Source: Methanomicrobia archaeon (lineage in GTDB: Archaea > Halobacteriota > Bog-38 > Methanoflorentales > Methanoflorentaceae). Taken from it: 64,000 nucleotides of DNA. The notes beneath the pieces are model-generated. The model was not told the origin of the DNA, did no database searches, and saw only the letters and a program-made list of their open reading frames with translations. The stretch's first letter is position 1, and every line of letters begins with the position of its first letter. Below are positions 17,860-27,500 of the stretch, in pieces. The stretch spans positions 29,194 to 93,193 of the forward strand of contig JACWML010000007.1 in the NCBI GenBank assembly GCA_015661395.1, written 5' to 3'. Made by a program: the position numbers and the translations under genes.

Positions 17860-18227
17860 CGCTGCCGCGAGGAACGAGGGACGAACTCGACTGCATTTAA
17901 GACCATCCGCGAGCAGCTCCAGGGTTTTAAAGCAAATAACACCACGGTGACCCATGTCTACATCCTCCAGCAGCAAAACGGTACAACCCGGTTCATCGCC
18001 GCCCCGTATGTCAGGCCGGATAGTCCTAAATTCATGCACAGGTGCATACCACAACCCCGGATGCGCTGAAGGTCCCGGTCACCAAACCGATAGGCGTAGG
18101 CCCCTACACCGACCAGTGGGGGATCTACGTTTCAGGGTTTGCCCCGGCGTACACCGGTTCGAATGGAACAGTCATGGTCCTCTGCGTCGATTTCGGTAAC
18201 ACAGGCCATCACTTTCCCTCTTTTTGA
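17860..18227 (+). pseudogene. Cache/PDC-like extracellular sensor-domain fragment, frameshifted
   Basis: ...TVTHVYILQQQNGTTRFIAAPYVRPDS... in one frame continues after a shift near 18040 as ...PVTKPIGVGPYTDQWGIYVSGFAPAYTGSNGTVMVLCVDF. The Y-T-D-x-W-G...S...AP...G...V-D pattern is typical of Cache-type sensor domains. No TM or transmitter domain is attached. Confidence 0.4.
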
Positions 18228-18601
18228 TTTGAACATCTCCTGAAGGTGGCAGCTATAGAAGCTCTATCCTCGACAAACTAAAATCAGGACTGGGCGCATG
18301 CATCGAGGGGTGGGTTAGCGTTGGCTGGTCTCACTATGAACACGTATTGTGAGCACGTTTTGATGTGTATATGAAGTGCTGGAGAGATGTGGCTTTGCGC
18401 GTTGAACGCTGATGGTGCGTGCAAACCGGAAGAGCGTTCGTGATACTGCCTGGTATCGGTATTTTCAAATCTCGTGGGGAAAAATTCAGGAAACAGGTCT
18501 CCCTCAGGGATTCCTCGACTATTGCGGCTTTCAGCCAGAACAGGTTGCTAAAATCAAAGCGTAAAATTCTTAAGCCTCCAGTGACCGTTGGGTGAGTACC
18601 A

Positions 18602-19159
18602 ATGCGCATCGAGAACCGCACTCTCCTCGGGACGCTCTTCTTTGTAGGCGCGGCGCAGTTCGTTCTGATGATAGTCATCGCTGAAGCGCGGTATCCCGGG
18701 GGGTATAGCGTGGCGATCAACGCCCTAAGCAACTTGGGCGTGGGACAAACGGCGCTTTTTTACAGCGCGTGGATCGCGGTGTGCGGAGCGTTCGTACTCA
18801 TCGGTTCACTGCTCGGACGGCGTACCCTCGGCACCGGCCTTACCACAACCCTTGCAGTAGCCGGTGCCTGTGTTGTGGGGGTGGGCGTATTCCCTGTAAG
18901 GACCAGCGCGCCCCACGAAGTCTTCGCGATCGCCGCATTTGTCTTTGCAGCGGTCTCCGCGATCATCTCGTATAGGGTGCTGCGCCCGCCGCTCTCGCAC
19001 TTCTCAGTGGGCCTCGGGATCATCGCGCTCGTTGCCATCGTCCTACTAGTCACGGGTCACTATCTGGGAATAGGTAAAGGCGGGATGGAGCGCATGATCG
19101 CGTACTCGATCCTTGTGTGGGCGCTCGGGTTCGGAGGAGCCCTGATAGGCGCAAAGTGA
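18602..19159 (+). CDS. DUF998-like integral membrane protein
   Basis: 185 aa with 5-6 TM segments. The N-terminal pattern ...AEARYPGGYSVAINALSNLG resembles the DUF998 family as I recall it. Confidence 0.55.
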   Translation: MRIENRTLLGTLFFVGAAQFVLMIVIAEARYPGGYSVAINALSNLGVGQTALFYSAWIAVCGAFVLIGSLLGRRTLGTGLTTTLAVAGACVVGVGVFPVRTSAPHEVFAIAAFVFAAVSAIISYRVLRPPLSHFSVGLGIIALVAIVLLVTGHYLGIGKGGMERMIAYSILVWALGFGGALIGAK

Positions 19160-20199
19160 CCACTAATCGGCTTAAGCGGCGACCTATCATATTTGATGGA
19201 TTTTGTGATACGGCAGGTGCCATTTTGCACAGGACTGCTCGCAGGACAGCGGCGCTGGAGAGATCGAGATCGCTGAGCGTAGCCCAAGAAAGATTGATAC
19301 GTTGTGCTTTATCTATCACAGGCTGTTATTTCGTACCCAATAATTACTAGGCTGCGGCCGCATGTTGTTGTGTCCCACAATTCCGACTTGGTGAACGTTT
19401 TTCTAAGTGCGTGGGAGATAGATATCGCGGTACGCCGGAAGACGGAAAAACGATCGTGCTCACGATAAGGGGGGGTTACGTTGAGCGAGCTAGTTTTACA
19501 ACCGAGTCCAGAAGTTTTACAACCACAATTGAGCGCTACCTCGCCTAGCTCGGCCATCTGCTCCGCGCTACTGCGTTGTAGCCTGAGAGAGTCCCGATCA
19601 GCAGGCCCAATACGATCCGACTATTACTTGCGGCCTGAACGACGGGTATCTAATCGACAAACGGTAACAACGGTCAAGTATAGAGGGGCTAAAAAAATAC
19701 GCGCAAGAAGCGGCCAGCGTTAGCAATCGCAGGCTTGTCCCACTAGAATGCAGTTTTAAGGTCGGTTTTATGCTTTCGGTTCCGGGCCGGGACATTTCTT
19801 CATTGCGCGCATAAACCCAATGCCCCAATGAAATATGCAGAGCTCCTCGCCGGTCGCAGACTTCGTTTTCTTGAAGTCAGTCAAGTTTTGATCCTCAAAA
19901 TAGTGCTCGCACTCAGCGTGATACAGACAGCTTTTTTCGATGCATTTACGCGTCATATTCTCAGCAAAAAGTGTGCAACACATCTACCTAAACATTTCGC
20001 CGACGTCTGCACGCAGCCGAAGGAGGTGTAATCTTATGCAGGACAAAACCCTGACCAGCGCATGTAGGTGCTTTGGCAGAATTGTTTTTCATGAACTCAA
20101 GGCGGTTATCCATCCTCGCATCATTTACAGCCTGCGAGGAGCGTCTTCGAGTTTAGAGGGCGTCCTAGCGACTCACGTTGGCGCGGCGACAGCTGGTGC

Positions 20200-20565
20200 T
20201 TAGTCGCGCGTTTTATACACCTTATCGGGATCAAACACCTTTTCGCCGATTATCCGCCCGTCGATAGTCCTGAAGAAGCACGACCAGAAGCCAGTGTGGC
20301 ACGCCGCTTTAACTTGATCCACCTTTATCACAAGCGCGTCCGCGTCACAGTCAACTAAGATCTCCCTCACTCGTTGAACGTGGCCCGATGTCTCCCCCTT
20401 CTTCCAAACACGCCGGTTTGTTCGGCTCCAATAGTGAACATAACCGGTTGTTTGAGTCATCTCAAACGCGTCCTCATTCATAAAGGCAATCATCAGCACT
20501 TCTCCCGTCTCATAGTCCTGCGTAGCGACCGGAATGAGGCCATTTTTGAAGTTAAGCTTCACCAT
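20200..20565 (-). CDS. hisI: Phosphoribosyl-AMP cyclohydrolase
   Basis: MVKLNFKNGLIPVATQDYETGEVLMIAFMNEDAF...YWSRTNRRVWKKGETSGHVQRV...DCDADALVIKVDQ...ACHTG..SCF. Start taken at the ATG at 20565; the longer ORF to 20682 overlaps the upstream gene. Confidence 0.9.
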   Translation of the reverse strand: MVKLNFKNGLIPVATQDYETGEVLMIAFMNEDAFEMTQTTGYVHYWSRTNRRVWKKGETSGHVQRVREILVDCDADALVIKVDQVKAACHTGFWSCFFRTIDGRIIGEKVFDPDKVYKTRD

Positions 20566-21064
20566 TGTTGATCCCTCGATGGCGCGTCCCGATTGATGCG
20601 CGCTGCGTGTACATTGACCGTGCTTCTTGAAGGGTTTCGCCATCAGAGGTAATGGCAGCATTAGCGACGCTGCCGACAACAAGGACGTGGTCTCCGGCCT
20701 CTCTGGTCCACATCACGTTACAGTCGACAAACGCCAAGCAGTCTTTGAGGATGGGCGAGCCTGTGCTCCCGAGATCGTACGCCGCCGACGCAAACTTTGC
20801 AACTTTTCTGCCCGAGCTCTTGCCGAAGACATCAACCAATTCCGCTTGATCGGTTCTGAGAATATTGACTGCAAAAGCGTTGCTTTTGACGATGAGCTCG
20901 TAGGTGTAGTGCAACGGATTCACTGCTACCATAATCAGCGGCGGCACGAAGGACACCTGGGTGATCCAGCTTGCGACAAAGCCGCTCATGTTGTCCGCAC
21001 AGCGGGCCGTTACAATCGCTATTGGGTTTATTAGTTTCCATAGCACAGTCTGCACGACATTCAT
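20552..21064 (-). CDS. Flavin reductase-like domain protein
   Basis: 170 aa. Pattern ...PIAIVTA...SGFVASWITQVSFVPPLIMVAVNP..YTYELI..SNAFAVNIL...GDHVLVVGSV fits the flavin reductase (FMN-binding split barrel) family. Confidence 0.75.
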   Translation of the reverse strand: MNVVQTVLWKLINPIAIVTARCADNMSGFVASWITQVSFVPPLIMVAVNPLHYTYELIVKSNAFAVNILRTDQAELVDVFGKSSGRKVAKFASAAYDLGSTGSPILKDCLAFVDCNVMWTREAGDHVLVVGSVANAAITSDGETLQEARSMYTQRASIGTRHRGINNGEA

Positions 21065-21093
21065 AAGAGCACTCTCCTGTAGTCCGTTTTCCC

Positions 21094-22323
21094 TTATGTG
21101 TGGCGTAGGACGCGATCGACAATCTCCTGAACGTGTAGTGATTCTTGTTCACCGGTCTTGAGATTGCGCAGCGTAAGTTTTGAGGTCTGCATTTCACTCT
21201 TTCCGACAATGACGGCGAAGTCGAAACTTGCGCTGTTAGCATACGTCAACTGCGCACGAACCGTTCGCCCCATAACGTCAACATCTGCGCAGACGTGTGC
21301 CCGCAACTCATCGGCGATGCGGAGCGCGTAGATGCGCGCGTCCTTGGTCGGAACTACTAGAATCCGCGGCGGCTCCTCGCTCTGAATGTGGGCGGCCCGC
21401 ATGATCCGGTCAAATCCAATTCCAAAGCCTGTCGCCGGCACGTCATCGCCGCCGAAGAGGTGCGCGAGCCGGTATGCGCCTCCGCCTAGAACCTGATTCT
21501 GAGCGCCGAGGCCGTGGGCATAGGCTTCAAAGACAATCCCGGTGTAGTACTCGAGCCCTCTCGCGATGCCGAAATCAACAGTATACGCTATGGCGAGCGT
21601 GTCGAGAAGCTCAAGAACCTGCAAGAGGTGATCGACTGACGCAACGCTCTGCGCTTCGCTCAACGGGTCTTCTGCTTCGATGATCCTTATGGCGGTGTCG
21701 CCGTGCGGGAGCTCCTGCAATTGATCGAAATCGCCCTTGTCGATTAAGCGCATCGCGAGGGCACAGGTTTCGTCGTCAAGCTCGCAAAACACGGCCCTGA
21801 GGACGTCGAGAGAGCCAACGTGGATCTTTGCCTCAAGCCCCAAGCTTCTCAGCATATGCTGCGCAAGCGCGATCACCTCCGCATCCGCTTCTGGCCTCGC
21901 ACTTCCGATCAATTCGACGCCAAACTGCCAGAACTGCCGGTAGCGCCCGGACTGGGGCCGCTCATACCGAAAACAGTCACCGAAATAGTAGAACTTGAGC
22001 GGCTTAGGCGCGGACTGCAGCTCGTTCACGTACACGCGCATGACGGGCGCGGTGAGCTCAGGCCGCAGCGCTAGCGCGCGACCCCCGCGGTCTGTAAAGC
22101 TGTAAATCTCGTCTTTTATCGCTTCTCCCGACTTGATTGTAAAAAGGTCGAGCGGCTCAAACGCGGGTGTTGCGATCTCACCGTACCCCCAGCGCTCAGC
22201 TACCTTTCTGAACTGAAGCTCGGCAAAGCGGCGTTTTGCCATCGCACCCGGCAAAAAATCGCGGGTGCCGCGTGGCCTTGCAAGCGGCCGTTTCGCGTCC
22301 CGATTGTCTTTAGAAGCTTTCAA
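21094..22323 (-). CDS. hisS: Histidine--tRNA ligase
   Basis: RGTRDFLPGAMAKRRF, class II motifs (FRYERPQSGRYRQFWQFGVE; GGGAYRLAHLFGG..VPATGFGIGFDR) and a C-terminal anticodon-binding domain. The apparent start is a TTG at 22323. Confidence 0.92.
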   Translation of the reverse strand: MKASKDNRDAKRPLARPRGTRDFLPGAMAKRRFAELQFRKVAERWGYGEIATPAFEPLDLFTIKSGEAIKDEIYSFTDRGGRALALRPELTAPVMRVYVNELQSAPKPLKFYYFGDCFRYERPQSGRYRQFWQFGVELIGSARPEADAEVIALAQHMLRSLGLEAKIHVGSLDVLRAVFCELDDETCALAMRLIDKGDFDQLQELPHGDTAIRIIEAEDPLSEAQSVASVDHLLQVLELLDTLAIAYTVDFGIARGLEYYTGIVFEAYAHGLGAQNQVLGGGAYRLAHLFGGDDVPATGFGIGFDRIMRAAHIQSEEPPRILVVPTKDARIYALRIADELRAHVCADVDVMGRTVRAQLTYANSASFDFAVIVGKSEMQTSKLTLRNLKTGEQESLHVQEIVDRVLRHT

Positions 22324-22503
22324 GCGGCTTCTCTTCTCCCCCAGCGTTCTTATGGCTCGTTACACGATAGAAATGAACGGACCGTATTTAATGTCTCCGG
22401 CCTACCGTGATTGCCGGCTGTCCATTTCGCGCGCCGAAGGGGTTGACCTGTTGTGCTTCTCAATGTGGTGCATTTATTACACTTGCTAGGAACATAACTG
22501 CGC

Positions 22504-23280
22504 ATGCCTAGCTTGGAGAACATACTCAATAAGCTCGCCGACCGAGAAATTTCGAAACAAGAAGCCGCACGACTTATTCGACGCGAGATCACTATTGATG
22601 GATATGAAAGGGTTGCTGAAATTGCGAAGCTAGATACCGCGCGGCTGCACCGAGTAGGAATTCCAGAAGTTGTCCTAGCAGAAGGCAAAAATGCGCAAGA
22701 TCTCGTCGCTATTGTCGAGACGCAGCTTAAGGTGGAAGGACGGGTCGTCATTACTCGGGTTTCAGAGCACCAGCTGCGGGCCCTAAAACACTTTGACGTC
22801 GAATGGCACGATCGAGCGCGCATCGCCGCTATTGGAAAAAAACCGCACTTTGAACCCCCCTACGGGCTTGTCGGCATTGTGTGCGCCGGCACTGCAGATA
22901 TCTCTGTTGCAGAGGAGGCACGCATTCTCGCTGAAGAACTAAACTGCAAGACAATCATATCGTACGATGTAGGCGTAGCGGGCATTCACAGACTATATCC
23001 AGAGCTTTCCAAACTGCTAGACACAGACGTGCTCATTGTCCTTGCTGGTAGAGAGGGGGCCCTTCCCACCATTATAGCTGGCTTGACTGACATCCCTGTG
23101 ATCGGTGTTCCTGTCTCCACTGGGTACGGCTTAGGCGGTCGAGGAGAAGCTGCCCTGCTAGCAATGCTGCAGTCGTGCTCGGTATTGGCCGTCGTGAACG
23201 TAGATGCAGGCTTCGTCGCCGGTGCTTTCGCGGCAAAGATCGCGAATCGGGCGGCTCGTACTCGACAACAAAACAGTTAG
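22504..23280 (+). CDS. larB: LarB-type AIR-carboxylase-family protein (nickel-pincer cofactor biosynthesis, pyridinium-3,5-biscarboxylic acid mononucleotide synthase)
   Basis: KLDTARLHRVGIPEVVLAEGK...GIVCAGTADISVAEEA...YDVGVAGIHRL...VLAGREGALPTIIAGLTDIPVIGVPVSTGYG.GG.AALLAMLQSC. The N-terminal extension plus PurE-like fold is characteristic of LarB. Confidence 0.8.
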   Translation: MPSLENILNKLADREISKQEAARLIRREITIDGYERVAEIAKLDTARLHRVGIPEVVLAEGKNAQDLVAIVETQLKVEGRVVITRVSEHQLRALKHFDVEWHDRARIAAIGKKPHFEPPYGLVGIVCAGTADISVAEEARILAEELNCKTIISYDVGVAGIHRLYPELSKLLDTDVLIVLAGREGALPTIIAGLTDIPVIGVPVSTGYGLGGRGEAALLAMLQSCSVLAVVNVDAGFVAGAFAAKIANRAARTRQQNS

Positions 23281-23334
23281 CCAATTGCCGGATATCCGAG
23301 ACTACGGCTGAGAGGCTGCACTGCGCCCGCACGG

Positions 23335-23823
23335 CTACCGCAGAAGCAGCCCGATTTTTTGCTTAATCTCCTCGAGGCTTTCCGTTTCGAAACCAAAATA
23401 GTCCGCGAAGGCTTTGGTAGTCCGGAGCATCCTAGTTCTTCCGTAAGGCTCCGATTCAACGAGCTTGCGCGCCTCAAGTTCGTGCACGTGCCCGTACGCT
23501 TTGTTACCTCGAATTTCGGCTACCTTTGATTGTGTGACCGGTTGATGAAACGCAATAACGGCAAGCGTGCGCAGTACGGGCGTTTCGAGATCACGCTGAG
23601 CGATCGTGCGGACCGCGTCAGCGTACTCGCCCTTCACCTGCATGACGATGTCTTCGTCGGTCTGAACGATCTCAAGCGCGCCCTTCTCCCGATATTCTTC
23701 GACGAGCGATTCGACGATTTCTTCGACATCAGCATCTAAGCTAACCATAGACTCTAGTTCGAGAAGGGTCAGTGGCCTGCCTGCGACGAAGAGCGCTGCC
23801 TCGACGAGGTCTCTATCGTTCAT
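23335..23823 (-). CDS. scpB: Segregation and condensation protein B
   Basis: 162 aa. LVEAALFVAGRPLTL.ELE...LRTLAVIAFHQPVTQSKVAEIRGNKAYGHVHELEARKLV, two winged-helix repeats. Adjacent to scpA and smc. Confidence 0.85.
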   Translation of the reverse strand: MNDRDLVEAALFVAGRPLTLLELESMVSLDADVEEIVESLVEEYREKGALEIVQTDEDIVMQVKGEYADAVRTIAQRDLETPVLRTLAVIAFHQPVTQSKVAEIRGNKAYGHVHELEARKLVESEPYGRTRMLRTTKAFADYFGFETESLEEIKQKIGLLLR

Positions 23824-23849
23824 TACCGTTCATGAACGCGGCAAGGGCG

Positions 23850-24548
23850 TTAAAGGTTTTTGCACTGGATCAGGATGTCACCGAATAGTTCCTTCTGCTC
23901 GAGCTGTATCTGTCGCCTCGTTGCCATGAAGAGTAATGGTATGTAGGTTTGTATGATATGCTCAGCAGTATTATCGACAATGAGCTCGCTAAAGAGCACC
24001 TGATCCTGCTTCCCGAAGCGTCGCTTAAGCTCGCGCTGTACTCGTTTGACTTGCCGCTCGATGTCTTCTGTGTGCGCCACTGCGAGAGCGTCAAACTCCT
24101 GTGCTTGCAGCTGTATGAGCCGGCGCACGTCTGACTTTTCCTTTCGCTTTGTCGCTTTTTTAAGCTCGTGGATGAGCTCTGACAGAGTGACACGGCGCTT
24201 CGCGTGCCGCCGTACCTTAGGCTTAAGGGCGGGAAAGCACGCGTGAAGGTCTTCATCGAGCAATTCCTCGTCGTCTAGGTCTTGCGGTTCCGGTTCCTCG
24301 AGCGCGTCCGCCTTCATCCTCAGCAGTATCGATGCAAAAAGGAGCGTTCGGCTCGACACCCGCAAGTCGAGTTTTTCGAGCTCCGCGACTTGGGCCAAGA
24401 ACTTGTCGGTGACATCGACGATGTCAATATCCCAAGGATCGATCTCGCCGTTTTTCGCGAGCGAGACCAAAATATCGATTGATCGTTCATCAAAATCTTC
24501 AGGCGCTTCACCGTTGGCGGTGGGGCCGGCGCGTCCTTCGCTGGTCAA
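23850..24548 (-). CDS. scpA: Segregation and condensation protein A (kleisin)
   Basis: IDILVSLAKNGEIDPWDIDIVDVTDKFL...SRTLLFASILLRMKA...IIQTYIPLLFMATRRQIQLEQKELFGDILI. The ATG overlaps the smc stop by 4 nt. Confidence 0.85.
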   Translation of the reverse strand: MTSEGRAGPTANGEAPEDFDERSIDILVSLAKNGEIDPWDIDIVDVTDKFLAQVAELEKLDLRVSSRTLLFASILLRMKADALEEPEPQDLDDEELLDEDLHACFPALKPKVRRHAKRRVTLSELIHELKKATKRKEKSDVRRLIQLQAQEFDALAVAHTEDIERQVKRVQRELKRRFGKQDQVLFSELIVDNTAEHIIQTYIPLLFMATRRQIQLEQKELFGDILIQCKNL

Positions 24549-27500
24549 TTAAGCTTCACCCCAGTGACGCTCGAGATGTTGCCCTCCTGCATAGAGACGC
24601 CGATCGTGCGACTGGCCGCTTCGATCATGGGTTTTCGCAGCGAGACAACTATAAACTGAGCGTTCGAGGAGAGCTTCTTGATCATGCGTGCGACCCGTTC
24701 GGCGTTTGCACCGTCCAAGAACATGTCGATTTCGTCGAACATATAAAACGGCGCCGGCATGTACCGTTGAATGGCGAAGATCATCGCCTCGCCCGTGGCT
24801 CCCGAGAGTTCCGCATAGATAACCTTGAAGTTCGCATTGATGCTTTCAAACGCCGTGAGCAGCGCCTCCTTTTTCATCAGGCCGTAGCGGTCGATGCGTT
24901 CGAGTATCTCGACGCGTTCATTGAAAAGCGTATCCTTGCGTGCGGCGAGGTCCTGTTGGCGTCGGGCGACGTTGCCATAATCCTCGATGGCACGCATGTT
25001 GACGTCATTCATCGACTCGAGCTGCGCTTCAAGGGTTCTCAGCGCTGCCACGATGGCCTCGTGCGGCTCCTCAGGCGGCACGTCGCCGATCTCGCCCGCC
25101 TCTGCTTTGAGCTCGTCTCGACGGGCTTCGAGCTCCAACCGCTGATAGTCGAGGGTTTCGAGCGCCTGCTCGGTACGATCAATCTTGTGCTGAAGATCCG
25201 CTTTCTCCGTCTCCTTCAGGCTGATCTGCTCCAGCAGTGCATCCCGTCCTTCACGCAGTTCTGAAAGCTCGCGCGCGAGTTCGCGCTCACGGCCGCAAAC
25301 GTCGGCGAGCTCTTGCTCAAGATGCGCAGAAGCCTCAGAATACTCACGGATGCTGGCGCGGAGCTCCCTGATCCGCTTATCGGTCGTTTCCAAATGCTCC
25401 TTGGCGTCAGCAAGCTTCTTCTCGTTATAGTCTTCCTGAAGGCGGAAATCAGCGATAGTTGCGTCACATTTGCTGATGCGAGCCTGCAGCCGTCGGACCT
25501 CGTCCGCGATCTGAGCGAGGTTTTCAGTGAGCTTTGACGCGTCGGTACCCTTGAGGCGCTTTTCAAGTTCCGCAATGTCCTGTTCAAGGGCGGCAACGGC
25601 TGAACCGTGGAGCGCCTCTTGTTCCTCAAGCTCATTAATGTTCACGCCCGCCTGCTCTTTCTCCGCCCGCATCGCAGCGAGGTGGACGATTTCAGCGTCT
25701 GCCTCTGCGTTAGCCTGCTCCTTTCGCGCCTCGAAAGCCTCCGTCTCCCGCGCCAAACGCTCCCGCTCGCCCTCAGCCGTGACGAGCTCGTGCCGTGCTT
25801 GTAGCAAAAGGTCATCCACGTCGTTGAGCTCCTGCTGCAGGCGTTCACGTTCATTTTCGTACTCGCGTATCTGGCGACTAAGCTTGTGCAGCTCTTGCTC
25901 CTCGCCGGCGATAAACCTCAGCGCCCGTCGGTCGATGCCTCCCGTCATGGCACCGCTCATTTCGAGCAGCTCACCCTCGAGCGTCACCATGCGGTACTGG
26001 CCAAGAAGGGCGCGAGCTGGCTCGAGCTCCGTGACGACAACGGTCTTGCCAAACACGTATGAAAACGCCGCCGCGTACTCCGGGTCATAATCAACGAGAT
26101 TGATGGCGTAATCGACGATGCCGTCGCGCGCCGGGAGCGCTTCGCGGTGCACGGACTTCATCTTGTTTAGAGGCAGAAACGTCGCGCGGCCCACGTTCTG
26201 CTCTTTCAGATATGCTATAGCGTGTGCCGCGTCTGCATCCGTGTCGACGACGATGTTTCGCAAGCGCGGGCCCGCCGCAATTTCGAGCGCCGTAGTATAC
26301 CGCGGATCGACCTTGCCAAGCTCAGCCACGACGCCACGCACCCCGGGCAACTGGGCGGCCTGTATCGCTTCCACCGCTTTGCCGAAGCTCTCTTTGAGGC
26401 GCGCTTCCGCGCGGACGAACTCCTGATGCGCTTGATTCAGCCGCCTTTCGACCGTTTCCATGGCGAGCTTTAGGTCCTCACGTCGCACCTCGAGGTCTTT
26501 AATGTTCTCGCGCGCGTTCTCCAGTTTTCGCGTCAGCGCGGCGCGGTCCTGATGGATCTTCTCCAAATCACGCTCGACAGAAGCCGCGTCTGACCGCACG
26601 GCGTCAATCTTCCCCTCGAGCGCGTGCACGTCCGTTGAGGCACGACGTAAGACATCGAGCACCCGGTCTCGGGCGCGTACGACGTCCCCCCGCCTGTCCT
26701 TTTCCTCGCCAAGCATTTTGCGCTTCTCAAAGAGTTCGTCGCGCGCCTGAGTCACATTTTCGTCGAGCGTGGCAAGCTGTTCTTTAAGCGCGTTAAGATC
26801 CTGCTGCTGCTCTTCGAGCTCGCTTGAAAGGCTTGCCCGTCGCACGGCTTCAGCTCTGAGATCGCTCTGCAGTGCCTCGTGCTTCTGCTTGAGGGAGTTC
26901 ACTTCGATGAATACCTTGCGCTTCTGTGATTCGAGGCTCTCTGCCTCCTTGGTCACAAAATCGATCCTACTTTGATGTTGCCCGAGACCCCCTTTGATAC
27001 TCTCAATGTGTTTTGTCAATTCGAACTGCTCGTTTTCGCCTTTTTCAGACACGGCGCTGCTGAGTGCGCTCAGCTGACCCTCAAGATCATAGATCGCGTC
27101 TCGCGTTGCGCTGAGCTCGTGAACCGCCTTGTCCTTGCTCCGCTGCTTGCGCGCCAAGTCACCTTCGGTTGCCTCGATCTCCCGCGCGAGCTTGTTGAGC
27201 TTTGACGCAAAGACCATTTTTTCGTAGTCCCGTTTCTTTGCTTTCAGCTCTTGATACTTGAGGGCGTGCTCCCTTTCGACTTTAAGCTGCTCGAGCTGGA
27301 GCGCCACCTCGTTGAGTATGATGTCGACGCGTTCAACGCGTTCCCGGACTACTTCGAGCTCATCCAGGGCTCGATCCCGCCTTCGGTCAAACTCAGCAAT
27401 GCCGGCGATCTCATCGATGATCTTACGGCGCTCGAGCGGGCTTACCTCGATGATGCGCGTTATGTCGCCTTGGAGCACAACATTGTAGCCCTCTGGGGTG

